A stretch of 63,840 nt of DNA, filler included, from Octopus bimaculoides (taxonomy: Eukaryota), in the NCBI RefSeq assembly GCF_001194135.2. It is 5 parts of 5 records of this genome, joined end to end, with 100 filler letters (N's around TTAATTAATTAA, not from the genome) between each part and the next. Parts side by side here need not be neighbours in the genome. Positions count along the whole stretch, not along the records: positions 1 to 31,388 come from NC_068993.1; 4 more parts are not named here. The stretch is one strand, 5' to 3'. The first letter of the stretch is position 1. Each line of letters begins with the position of its first letter. Below the pieces are notes generated by a model that was not told the DNA's origin, searched no databases, and saw nothing but the letters and a program-made list of their open reading frames with translations. Below, one piece after another: positions 1-12,224 of this stretch. The translations under genes were made by a program, and so were the position numbers.

Positions 1-32
<32 letters not shown>

Positions 33-651
33 ATATGTATATATACATATATACATACATGCATATATACATAATACTTTTGTACGTTCACACTCGTACT
101 GTCATATACCTCTCTTGTTCCCCCTCTCTATGTATATATACACGCTTCTACATACGTCCTCAAGAACGATTACGTTCAAATTTATATGAATGAATATGGC
201 ATGAAATATCTGCACTTATAGATATACATGCATGTATAGATATAAACGTGTTGCATCATCCAACATAATAGCATTTGGCCCATGGCTTTTTGAAAAGGAA
301 ATGTCTTTATAAATGTCTTTTAGTTATTGACTTAATCATGGGCTGTACACTAGAACATTTAAGTTCATATGAGATTGGTAGGGAGGAAGAAAAGGAACTG
401 TCGTCAGCCCGAAGATCTGCTTCGAATGGTTGCAACCGAATAACTTCAACTAAAGGCAACCGAACAACTCGGATGGTGGTGTTAATCTGGACCACGAATT
501 AAGTTTTCTAGTCAAATGCCATGGACATCAACTCCAATGGAATTCCACGTTGTTTCTTTTTATCCTAATTTTACTCATTTGGTCAATCTGAGGCTATGCT
601 AGGATAGAATTACCTCCGGTGCCGTACAGAGAGACAGAACATAAAACCATG

Positions 652-885
652 CAAGGTAGCGAGCTGGCAGAAACGTTAGCACGCCGGGCGAAATGCTTGG
701 CGGTATTTCGTCTGCCGTTACGTTCTGAGTTCAAATTCCACCGATGTCGACTTTGCTTTTCATCCTTTCGGGGTCGATAAATTAAGTACCAGTTACGCAC
801 TGGGGTCGATCTAATCGATTTAATCCCTTTGTCTGTCCTTGTTTGTCTCCTCTATGTTTAGCCCCTTGTGGGCAATAAAGAAATA
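652..885 (+). mobile_element. tRNA-derived octopus SINE (OR-type, Meta/MESC-like core) with 16-bp TSD
   Basis: Head GAGCTGGCAGAA..GAGTTCAAATTCC, core TTTCATCCTTTCGGGGTCGATAAATTAAGTACCAG; identical direct repeat AGAACATAAAACCATG at 636-651 and 886-901. Confidence 0.9.
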
Positions 886-1182
886 AGAACATAAAACCAT
901 GTAATTACTAACCACAAATTTTAGCTACACACCTATGCAAACTACAAAACAGGAAGGCAAATCCGGCTTAAACCAACTTCTTTAAGCCTTTCTCTCTTAC
1001 AGAGCATAGACCACCGACGACTCTTCCCCAATGTTCTCAAATCTGGACCTCTACCTTGTAGCTCTTTCGGATTTTGCTGGACCATGTATAAACTCCTTAA
1101 CCTTAGATATTGTTGAGTTTGAATTTTCATCGATGCGTTTGTAAACTTGCTTTTGTAAATTTACAAATTTACTCCAAGAGAG

Positions 1183-1435
1183 GGAATTGGCGAAGTCGTT
1201 TGAGCGTTGGATAGAGCAATTTGCTGTATTTGTTCCGACTCCCTGTCCTCAGAGTTCAAATCCCACCTATCATATCTTCGGTCGACTTTACCTTTTAGCC
1301 ATTCAAAATGATAAAAAGAAGAAAAGGGATGATTACTGAAAGGCGGTAGATTGACGAAATTGTTTGAGCGTTGAGCGGGATTCCTTGAGGTATCGATTCA
1401 AGCTTTGTGCATTCCTAGTTCAAATCTCTTTCCGT
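1183..1435 (+). mobile_element. Two highly degenerate SINE heads of the same family
   Basis: GAGTTCAAATCCCACC..GTCGACTTTACC at about 1252-1292 and AAGGCGGTAG..AGTTCAAATC at about 1340-1425 resemble the 652-885 copy. Confidence 0.45.
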
Positions 1436-1482
1436 TAACGATAAACGGTAGAACTTCTGCCAAGAGTTGTGACTGGCAGATA

Positions 1483-1700
1483 CGAGAGTGGACTGAAAAG
1501 TTCATAGACTGGCTACGAAGGAGTGATGCTAGAACTGTGAGATTTTGCATGCATTAATTTCAACCCTTCTTATTAATAACTGCATTGTTTTCTTTTTCCA
1601 AATAAACTGACGTCACACTGTTCAAAGAAGACTTCCACTGTAACCAGTAGCGACTTCTCGTAATATTAACCATTTCATAAACCTGTAGACATTTAGTTTC
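1483..1700 (+). mobile_element. Truncated mariner-type MITE left end
   Basis: TA|CGAGAGTGGACTGAAAAGTTC resembles the TIR of the complete MITE at 58051-58284; no right TIR seen. Confidence 0.4.
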
Positions 1701-2529
1701 CATAGTTCGTTTAGAAGATCGCTTACCACAACCATTACTACGACGACCACCACCACCACAACCACCACCGCCACCTCTTGTGCATATATGTAGTTGGAGA
1801 AGGATCAAAGAGGACTTCTTCAAGAGAAAAATTGCTCTCATCCAGATGGTGTCATTTGATTGATATCTATATAAAAAGACATGCAGCAGCAACCACCTCT
1901 ATACTTTCCACTAGTTCTCTCTCTCCCCGCTCCCCCCAGACAAGCTATCTTCACAACACGGCACTCATCTACCCAGACTTCTTTCATGACCTTTCAGCGT
2001 ACACTTTCACCATCTCGAATATTTCTATGTCTCTTCTCTCTCACGCTCTCTCCCTCTACAAACACACACATATACACACGTACACAAACACGCAATCCGA
2101 ATTTTGTGACACCTAGAGATAGATTAAAATATCTTAACGTAGCCATGTTTACAAACTATGTCTATGCCCTCTCTTACCCTCTCAACCCCCACGTAGGTGT
2201 ATATACGGACGAACACACATACAAAATCTACCTAGGTGACTTTATTTCTGTATTTATCTCCCTATCTAAGAATAAATGCTTATATCCATCTACGTAATAC
2301 AAGACACATGTATACCATACATAGAAACAAATATACATACATACCTACACACATACATACATATAGATATAATTACATGCACACTTTACACAAACACACA
2401 CGAATGTATGTGTGTACATATATATATGTGTACGTGTATACACACACACACATATATATATATACAAGCGTGCATACATGCACATAAAAACCAAATATCT
2501 GTACACGTGTATGTATATATATACATATA

Positions 2530-2564
<35 letters not shown>

Positions 2565-4012
2565 NNNNNNNNNNNNNNNNNNNNNNNNNNNNNNNNNNNN
2601 NNNNNNNNNNNNNNNNNNNNNNNNNNNNNNNNNNNNNNNNNNNNNNNNNNNNNNNNNNNNNNNNNNNNNNNNNNNNNNNNNNNNNNNNNNNNNNNNNNNN
2701 NNNNNNNNNNNNNNNNNNNNNNNNNNNNNNNNNNNNNNNNNNNNNNNNNNNNNNNNNNNNNNNNNNNNNNNNNNNNNNNNNNNNNNNNNNNNNNNNNNNN
2801 NNNNNNNNNNNNNNNNNNNNNNNNNNNNNNNNNNNNNNNNNNNNNNNNNNNNNNNNNNNNNNNNNNNNNNNNNNNNNNNNNNNNNNNNNNNNNNNNNNNN
2901 NNNNNNNNNNNNNNNNNNNNNNNNNNNNNNNNNNNNNNNNNNNNNNNNNNNNNNNNNNNNNNNNNNNNNNNNNNNNNNNNNNNNNNNNNNNNNNNNNNNN
3001 NNNNNNNNNNNNNNNNNNNNNNNNNNNNNNNNNNNNNNNNNNNNNNNNNNNNNNNNNNNNNNNNNNNNNNNNNNNNNNNNNNNNNNNNNNNNNNNNNNNN
3101 NNNNNNNNNNNNNNNNNNNNNNNNNNNNNNNNNNNNNNNNNNNNNNNNNNNNNNNNNNNNNNNNNNNNNNNNNNATATATATATATAGATAGATAGATAG
3201 ATAGATAGACAGGTAATCAGTGAGAAAGAGCGAGGGAGGGCGGAAGGGCGATATATACAGAGAGACACGCACATATACATCAGTGATCCGGATGAGTCAT
3301 TGTTTAGTTGTTGATTAAGTGACCATGTGTATTTCTGCTTCAGGTGTCACCGTTTTTATCCAAACTTAATCTGCCGAATTTCTTTACATCTCACTCAGCA
3401 GGAGCAAGAGGGCAACGAGTACAATAGTTCTCAGGTAAAGGTTACTGTAACCCCAATTATTGATCTCCGAAAAACACACCTAATAAAGAAATCTCTCTCT
3501 CTCTCTCTTTCCCTCTCTCTGTCACGTGAATTGTCTTTCCTTGTCTCGAGTCGGAAATTTGTCATGTAATTTTAGTGAAGTGAATTCTCATGCGCCTGTA
3601 TGTGCGTGCCCGCGTGTTACAATATATGAAAAATATCATTGAGAGGATAGGTAATTTAGAAACTAATTGCTTATATGTATGTGTTTGTTTGTATGTATGT
3701 ATGTACATACATACATACATATAATTATATATATATATGTAACGTAAAGGAATGGTGATTTGAAATTGCTTTATCCACTGGCATTGGTAAAACTTGAACA
3801 AAGCTGCATAGGAATGTTTACCTTTGATGAATATTTACTGCATCTGAATCACGTAAATGCACGCAAATGCTACATCGAAGATCATTAAGACATCAGAAAC
3901 ACGTGTCGGATTGGAATCTAATGTGAATTTAATGAGAAGAATACTGTAATAAAGTTTTGAAAATGTATAATTCTCCATTATTCATTACATACATACATAC
4001 ATACATGTAAAT

Positions 4013-4156
4013 TTCGTCGACTTAACGGTTCCTCATAAAATAACGTTGACGTTGCACAGACTCATGAGACCAATTGTTATAAACACCTCCTCAAGGAATG
4101 CGCATATGCAGGCTGGAAAGCAGGGCATTATCCAATCCAAGTTTGATATTAAGGGG
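4013..4156 (+). pseudogene. RLE endonuclease fragment of a HERO/R2-like non-LTR retrotransposon
   Basis: With one frameshift reads FVDLTVPH-NNVDVAQTHETNCYKHLLKECAYAGWKAGHYPIQV, matching the ELTVP(W/H)E..Y..L..EC...GW.A..FP(I/V)EVG motif of HERO-like RLE domains. Confidence 0.5.
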
Positions 4157-4535
4157 TTGGATGTTGGGAGCAGTATGACACAACGGGTGCTGCCATTAAT
4201 CCTACCTCATACATTAATGAAGAGTTGAACAGAAAAGATACAAGGAGAAAACACAGCAAGAGGAAGACAAAGTCACATTAAGCTGAAAACCAACAAGGAA
4301 CACAGCATACGGAGGACTAGACAATAATATAATAAACGGGAAACTGGACAAAAACATGGCAGAAGGAACATTCGCAGCCGATTTCCCCCTCACGCAATGT
4401 CCGGAATGCCCTAGCAGTTTCACGCATTTTAACATTGAGATTACTATGTATGTATGTATGTAAGTATGTATGTATATATGTATTTATATATATGTGTGTA
4501 TATATGTATATTTATATATATATATGTATATACGT

Positions 4536-4613
<78 letters not shown>

Positions 4614-5017
4614 GTATAAATATATATATATATATATATATATAGATATAGATATACATATATACACACACATATATATATGTATGTATCTATCTATGTG
4701 TGTGTTTGCATGTATACGAACATGCATACGTACACGCACGCATATATTTAGTTTATTTAAACTGACTTCCTGTCTTGTGTTACGGTGACTCATACTCACG
4801 CTTCAGTGATTTTCAGTTCTCGCCCATCAATTCTCGCCTGAAGATTGGTCTCGCGAGAAATTCCGTGTAAATAAACCAAATACGCTATAACATTTATTGA
4901 TTACTTTGCTAAAAAAAAAAAAAAGAAAATTAATATTTGAACATGTCCTTTATGTAAGTGCGCACGTATAGGTGTATAGACGTATTATATATATATATGT
5001 GTGTATATATATATATA

Positions 5018-5115
<98 letters not shown>

Positions 5116-5843
5116 TACATTCAGCCATGAAGACATGTTTACTTAGCTACTCTGCCGTCGCGTTGAGTTCTACTTCAAATAATAATATTTCCAATATGTA
5201 AAATATATTTTAATATAATATACTTTACAAGTCATACAAAAGACACACCATACACATACAAAGGCACACACATGCGCAAACACACACACATACACACCTA
5301 CACACACACACTAGATGATATACACACATACATACAAATATATGTATATTTATGTATGTGTGTAAATATGTGTGTGTGTGTGTCAGTATATATATATATG
5401 TGTGTGTCTGCTGTGTGTGTGTGTCAGTATATATATATATGTGTGTGTCTGCTGTGTGTGTGTGTATGTAAATGTACACACACACATATATACATATATA
5501 TGTCCGTACATACGCACATGTATTGCATACAGACGTACATTAATAATATTATTTCTAATTTCCTACAAGTAATAAACATAACAAATGGTTTTTTAATTTA
5601 AAACATGAAAATATAAATGATCACATGTTGTGTGTTGAGAAGGAATTATAAAATAAAGAAAATATATAATAAAATAAATAAAGAATGAATAATTAAAGCA
5701 ACAGTAAATAGAAAGTCTTGGTAATTTGCAATTGATATTATTCCAATAGAGTAATGTAACTATACGAAAGGTTACACAATCTATATATCAGCTCTGACTG
5801 TCTATCTATCCATCTATCTATCTATCTGCCTGTCTATCTATCG

Positions 5844-5901
<58 letters not shown>

Positions 5902-6479
5902 ATACCTACAGATTATTGTTTTTATTATTATATTTGTATAATAATCAAATCAGACAAATCCTATAATGGAAAAATTATCATTACCCCACACAAAAACTTC
6001 AGTGGGTGCGTTTGCCTCACCTGCACTCCCTGTTTCCGAGCCTATCCTTAGTGGTATGATCTGTATATTGTGCAATTTTGTTGCAAGTTCTGTGATTTCA
6101 TCGGTATGATTTTTAAAAATTTCCCACGCCAACTACAATTAACGAGATTGTTTGCTTTCGAAAGCTACATTGTTTGGAATCTTTATATTTGAATTAATCT
6201 TCTATTTTTTTTTTTTTTGTCTCGGATATACATTATCATTTATTGGGTCTGATAATTCGATAAGGGGCCAGTTCCTATACTTAATTCTCTTGATCGTCTC
6301 TCATAACAATATCCGGCATTTTAACCTTGATCTCGTTCCCTCAGTGTACTGGTATATGCAACACTATAGTCTCTGTCTTTCTCTCAAGCATTTTCTCCTC
6401 TTTGCTTTCTTATCTCTTATCTCGTGTTACTTCGTAATGCCGGATAAAATGTGGTTGTTTCCCCACAACTAGCACGTAT

Positions 6480-6647
6480 TCTGCAGTCTTCTTCTTCTTC
6501 TTCTTCTTCTTCTTCAATTCTCTCTCTCCACTCCTCTCTCTTCGCCGCCGCTTCCTCTTCCTCCTCCTCCTCATCATCATCATCACAATCATCTTCGACG
6601 TCGTTATCGTCATCAAAGCCACTAGCACCACCATCACCACCACCACC

Positions 6648-6679
<32 letters not shown>

Positions 6680-6712
6680 CAACAGCAGCAGCAGCAGCAA
6701 CAAACCATCATA
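6480..6712. repeat. Compound trinucleotide microsatellite (TTC, TCC, ATC, ACC, AAC, AGC blocks)
   Basis: Successive triplet blocks read directly; ORFs here are homopolymeric. Confidence 0.9.
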
Positions 6713-7094
6713 TTTCACTACTTAGACGTCTTGTCTTGTTATTTATGTCTTCAAACTTCACTCCAATTCATGTAGTTCTTCATTCCTGATATTTAACCAA
6801 ATACTTTGACTTGATAGGATCAAGATTGATAATTAGAAACATCTGTCTTTATTATTTATATATTGCTACTTCTCCATTAGTCGTTCTCTATGCACGTCAG
6901 CGGATTCACTTTTCTATATACGAGGGATTATGCCGAAGATTTTGTCACACATAAACACATTTCTTTCATATTTTTGCTGTTTTGGATGACATATTTTATT
7001 TCATCTTTATGTTATTTTATTCCAATTTTTTTTTACTGCTTTAAGGTGAGAGGGTGGGAAAAAAGGAGTGGTTGGAATTTTTTATGCTTGTATT

Positions 7095-7140
<46 letters not shown>

Positions 7141-7213
7141 AATACGTGCATAAAAAATTCCAACCACTCCTNNNNNNNNNNCATAAAAAATTCCAACCAC
7201 TCCTTTTTTCCCC

Positions 7214-7256
<43 letters not shown>

Positions 7257-7606
7257 TGTGTGTGTGTGTGTGTATGCTTACATACGGTTATGTACGTATA
7301 TTTCTCTGTAAGTAAGCATGTTTGTATGTATGCATGTACGTAAGTATGTATGTACGTACGTATGTAATTACGTACGTATGTAATTACGTACGTACGTACG
7401 TATGTATGTATATGTGTGTATGTATGTGTGTATGTATGTATGTATGTATGTGTGTGTATCTGTGTGTGAATGCATGTGTTTGTAGTTTTGTAGAGATTAG
7501 TTGTAGAACTGGGTTTGCACATTTGGGGCATATTGTACATAAATTTCTTTACATTTTACTCATGATACTGATATAAAACATTATTATTATTATTATTATT
7601 ATTATT

Positions 7607-8294
7607 CAGTAGTTTTATTTTTATAACGTGCTTTCACTTCACTACCGAGCGCAGCTCTGTGCGCCTTGGGTATGTGCTGTGGTTTGCTGTGGTGCTCTTA
7701 TGTTTACTGTATTGAAAGTGTTTTGCGTAGAATGTGTGCAGTACCCAGTAGTGCAATTTTCTGTATGTTATATATATTTGTAAGTCCTGGTATTTTTGTT
7801 ATGTATTTGTCTGAATATTTTTTTATTATACCTAAGGCACCTACTATGATAGGAATTGTTTCTGTTTTTAGATTCCACATTCGAGTTATCTCNNNNNNNN
7901 NNNNNNNNNNNNNNNNNNNNNNNNNNNNNNNNNNNNNNNNNNNNNNNNNNNNNNNNNNNNNNNNNNNNNNNNNNNNNNNNNNNNNNNNNNNNNNNNNNNN
8001 NNNNNNNNNNNNNNNNNNNNNNNNNNNNNNNNNNNNNNNNNNNNNNNNTTTTTTTCTTCATGATCTTTGACAACTATATCTGGTCTATTTGCCTTAATTT
8101 CTCTATCTGTGTGTATTGGCATATCCCAGAGTATGGTTGCTTTCTCGTTTTCTTTGACCTTTTCTGGCGTGTGTTTATACCATCTTTTTTCTGTTCTTAT
8201 TCCATAATGTTGGCATAGCTTCCAGTGTATATAGGTCCCAGCTCTGTCGTGTCTGTGAATATATTCCTTCTTAGCCAGGACTGGGCAGCCAGAG

Positions 8295-8296
<2 letters not shown>
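7607..8296 (-). mobile_element. 5'-truncated R4/Dong-clade LINE (zinc knuckle, RLE, 3'UTR) inside a (TAA)n array
   Basis: ISGCPVLAKKEYIHRHDR..WDMPIHTDREIKANRPDIVVKD, gap, then TIPIIVGALG..IQKIALLGTAHILRKTLSIQ* (stop 7704-7706); (TTA)n at 7581-7606 and about 8295-8345. Confidence 0.9.
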
Positions 8297-8348
<52 letters not shown>

Positions 8349-8355
8349 ATTGCTA

Positions 8356-8595
8356 AAGGCGGTGAACTGGCAGAACCGTTAGCACGCCGAGCGAAATGCT
8401 TGGCGATATTTCGTCTGTCTTTACCTTCTAAGTTCAAATCCCACGAGGTCGACTTTGCCTTTCATCCTTTTGGGGTCGATAAATTAAGTACCAGCCAGTT
8501 GAGTACTCGGGTCGATATAATCGACTATCCCCATTCCACCAAATTTCAGGCCTTGTGCTTATAATAGAAGGGATTATTATTATTATTATTATTAT
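8356..8595 (+). mobile_element. OR-type SINE with (TTA)n tail
   Basis: AAGGCGGTGAACTGGCAGAA head, GGGGTCGATAAATTAAGTACCAG core, tail GGCCTTGTGC..GGATTATTATT. Confidence 0.9.
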
Positions 8596-8794
8596 TGCAG
8601 AATCGTTAGCACGCCGGGTTAGATGCTTTGCAGTATCTTGTCCGTCTTTACGATCTGGGTTCAAATTCCACTGAGATTCACTTTACCTTTCATCTTTTAG
8701 GGGGGGGGGGGTCAATAAAATAAGTACCAGTTGAACACTAGGGTCGACGTAATCGACTTATCCCTCCCCCCAAATTGCTGGCCTTGTGCCAAAA
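8596..8794 (+). mobile_element. OR-type SINE, 5'-truncated, directly after the previous tail
   Basis: Starts GCAGAATCGTTAGCACGCCGGG, core TAAGTACCAG, ends GGCCTTGTGCCAAAA. Confidence 0.85.
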
Positions 8795-8848
8795 AGCACC
8801 AGTCTCAAAAAACCTAGCTGTCCCCAATAGAGCAGTTTTATGAACCTG

Positions 8849-9135
8849 TATTATTATTTCACATACGCACAACAGATTAGAAAAAATCCAAACGTCGGTC
8901 TGCAACAAGTAACCTTAGATGCCAAGAACCCTCCTAAGTATTCTAGCTGTCCCTAATAACATTTTCGGGAGCTGTACCTAACTAGGTTTTATGCTTTATT
9001 TCCTCTACCCATTTGTTCAAATCTTTAGGGGAAGTTCCGAATGCTCCTGCAGCGATTTATTTTACACGGGCTTTCCACAGTCTCTGTAACTCAATTTCTA
9101 GGTCCTGGTTATGTGCTATTTTCTCTATACATCTC
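8849..9135 (-). mobile_element. R4/Dong-type LINE 3' end (second family)
   Basis: EKIAHNQDLEIELQRLWK..AGAFGTSPK..LGTARILRRVLGI* (stop 8915-8917), short 3'UTR ending in AATAATAAT. Confidence 0.7.
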
Positions 9136-9324
9136 ATATTGAGAGACGTACTATATACAGAGAAAGTCACTGTATACATTGGGAGGCCATTAAAACAAAA
9201 CACCAGATTGTTCATTTACAGAGTCAGTCATGTGATAACGAAAAAAGGAAGACAGAGAGAAAAAGGGAAAAAAAACAATAAATAGAAAAATAAACAAATA
9301 AAATAAAGGGGGTGGGGAGAAAAT

Positions 9325-9600
9325 TCACAGTGACAATGCTTTTCTCAGTATATGTGACGTACCAGTTAAGACAATCTTTTGCACTTCCTGCATGGATGGT
9401 AAGCCAGGGATCATCCTCAAATAATTTCCAGTTCCTTTTGTAATCATTCCAAGTGCTCCTACAGCCACTGGTATTGTAACCATCTTAAGATACCGCATCT
9501 TTTCGATTTCGATTAACAAATCTTTTTATTTTCTCAGCTTATCAAATTCTTTTGCCGAGATATTATGGTCACAGGGTACGCTCATATCAATCAATTATCA
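9325..9600 (-). mobile_element. R4/Dong-type LINE RLE 3' end (third family)
   Basis: LIDMSVPCDHNISAKEFDKL..DLLIEIEKM..TIPVAVGALG..VQKIVLTGTSHILRKALSL*. Confidence 0.85.
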
Positions 9601-9601
9601 T

Positions 9602-9812
9602 TAAGGCGGTGAGCTGGCAGAATCGTTAACACGCCGGGCAAAATATTTAGCGGTATCTCCACCGTCTTCACGTTCTAATTCCGCCGAGGTCGACTTTGTT
9701 TTTCATCCTTTCGGGGTCGATAAATTAAGCACCAGATGACCACTGGGATCGATATAATTGACTTAACCCCTCCCTCCATATTTCAGGCCTTGTGCCTATA
9801 GTAGAAAGGATT
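9602..9812 (+). mobile_element. OR-type SINE
   Basis: AAGGCGGTGAGCTGGCAGAA head, TTTCATCCTTTCGGGGTCGATAAATTAAG core, GGCCTTGTGCCTATAGTAGAAAGGATTATT tail. Confidence 0.9.
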
Positions 9813-9949
9813 ATTGTTATCACTAATAATAAATTAAGTACCAATTGAAGACTGGGGTTAATATTGTCGATTAATATGTGGTTTTTTGTCCCTATTTAAT
9901 GTCGGTGGTACCTTCTCAGTTCATGACGAAACAGACTCGATTTCTCCTA

Positions 9950-10345
9950 ACGTGCATAAATCTTACAACATACTTGTTAAGAATTTCCATAGTAATGATT
10001 ACCAGATCTCTAATTTGAGACTTCAGTACTATCCTGTTTGCTTCACATGATAAGAGTTGTTCGGCCTTTCGTCATTCAATTTGGGATCTTTCTATTCTGG
10101 AGACATTTATTTAAAAACTTAGTACTCGTTTGAGTATTTTAAAGTTCTTCAGCTAGAACCGTTGCAGCTTTTTGCAAAACTTAGATAATTTTCAAGCTTG
10201 TTTTGCTCAGAAATGACTACTATATCGAACCTGTTCTCTTCTTCTTCAACTTTCTACTTTAATCCACTTTGCCTTCACATTGTGACGGCATCTTTTGCTC
10301 CACATGTCACTCCAAAATGTTTTCATTTCAGTTTTCATTTGGTAC
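9950..10345 (-). pseudogene. Degenerate R4/Dong-type RT N-terminal region
   Basis: Minus frames give TFWSDMWSKRCRHNVKAKW and CLQNRKIPN*MTKGRTTLIM, matching FWS.IW....HN..A.W and P.WMT.GRT.LI motifs. Confidence 0.6.
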
Positions 10346-11127
10346 CTCATCGAGATGTGTTCTGACCCCTCCAATGTTTCAGACAATTTGTTCTAATTAG
10401 TTTGATACCAGTTCTGTTGGACCCTAGCTCCCATCGTTCTACCAGGGTCGACTTTTCTACCTCAATTTACTTCAATTTTTTGAATTACAACATTTCCTCG
10501 ATTTTAATAGACACTTGCAAGGAAAACACCACCTGTATGACGCAGTGGTCATCTGACGAAAATAGGATGAGAAAGGATTAAGAGATAAAAAAAAAAAAAA
10601 GAATCCGATAGGGGATAACGATGGACCTGAAATTAATGCGCGTGAAAAGTGATACAGAGACAGAGTTATACTGAAGAGAGTTATGTTGGATAAAGAAGAA
10701 AGAAGTATTTGGTTGAAGCTAGGATGGTTGGAGTAACGACAGGATCGAGTTATTGACAAAAACAATAGAATAACACGATCATAAGTAATCTTGCCAACCT
10801 GGGAGCAAATCAAAGAAATAAAAAATGAAAGAATACGATAATGTTATACCATTTAGTTCCCTCTTGGAACATAAACGAGTAGGGAGTTCATTCATTGTAC
10901 TACAGGGAATAGCTGACCAAATCGATATCCACTATCTTATACAAGATTGAAGTAGATGTAGCATTTAAAGACGCTGACTATAAAGTATGCTTTGAGTTAA
11001 AAGACGGTGAGGAGAAAGCATCATGTGACTAAGACGGAAAGGGAGTCAATTTCAGTTTCTTAAATAACGTGTATTAGGGAAAGGAAGCCATTATAAAGTA
11101 AACACAATGTTAAAATGAATAAGCGAA

Positions 11128-11925
11128 GAAAAATAAAATGTATTGACGGGCTAGCGATACCGTCGGGGGAGGTTATGAAGCAGATAGAAGAGACAGGCTA
11201 TAAGTACTTGTGGATATTGGAAATGGATAAATTCATGGAGAAAGAAATGACAGAAAGCTTTAAGGTGGAGTACTTGCGCAGACTAAGACTGATCCTTAAG
11301 TCGAAATTAAACAGACGCAATGAGATTGAAACTATCAAAACCTGGGCGGTTTCACTCCTTAAATATGGAGCAGGGGTAATCGCATGGACAGTAGACGAAC
11401 TAAACAGCTTAGACAGAAAGACAAGGAAATTGCTGACTAGATATGGGATACTTCACCCAAAAAGTGACACAGACAGACTATATGTATCAAGAAAAAGAGG
11501 GGGAAGAGGACTTATTGGATGGGAACACAGCATTAGAGCAGAAGAAAGCAACATTGCATGGTATGTAAAAAATGCCACAGAACCGCTATTATAAGAAGTA
11601 AGAAGGTCAGGCTTGTGTAGGATGGAAGATATAAGTGCAGAATTTGTGGACAAAATGGTGAAACCGTATGGCATATTACCAGTCAATGTACGCTACTAGC
11701 CCAGAAGGAATATAAGAGATGCAGCGACAATATAGCAAGGCTTGTCCATTGGACACTTTGCAACAGGTATGGACTTGACAGAGGAAAAAATTGGTACGAC
11801 CACAATCCCAAAGGCATCATCGAAAATGATAATGCAAAGACTCTATGTGATTTTATGGTTCAGTACGACCATGAGAGGGAGAACAGGAAACCAGACATTG
11901 TGTTAATTGAGAAAAAAAAGCAACC
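11128..11925 (+). mobile_element. Internally deleted R4/Dong-type LINE (RT end, thumb, zinc knuckle, RLE start)
   Basis: GYKYLWILE..YLRRLRLILKSKLN..DRKTRKLL..HPKSDTDRLYVSRKRGGRGL; then HITSQCTLLAQKEYKR..VHWTLC..NRKPDIVLIEK. Confidence 0.85.
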
Positions 11926-12191
11926 GATGCAAACGACCATCCTTTTGATAAGCACATTAGAAGGCAACACCTCCCTCTCTACACTCACCTTTCACTTCAA
12001 ATGCTATTTGAAGAAATTGATGAGGGCTTGACCATTTAGGATTGCGCCTGTCTTCAAACCTTTCAGACGGGTCCCCCCCCCCCACACACACACAGCCTCT
12101 TTTGTCACAGCCACTGAGCAGAGAAAGACCTGCCTTCCTTGTCTGCTAAGAGAAGGTGGTGCGTCGATAATAATCTTCGTCTTCCTCTTTT

Positions 12192-12224
<33 letters not shown>

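Noticed and set aside
942-1130. Weak CR1/L2-like ERLKEVGL motif
   Set aside because: Too short and degenerate to call without a search.
2276-3280. Long ORFs made of X, YI, CV or HT runs throughout the window
   Set aside because: Translations of N gaps and AT/AC microsatellites.
7142-7201. Direct repeats either side of 10-N gaps (also about 18156-18300)
   Set aside because: Typical unmerged contig overlaps.
10472-10813. 113-aa minus ORF with a strong acceptor near 10800
   Set aside because: No recognisable domain or clear donor; could be an alternative terminal exon but unsupported.
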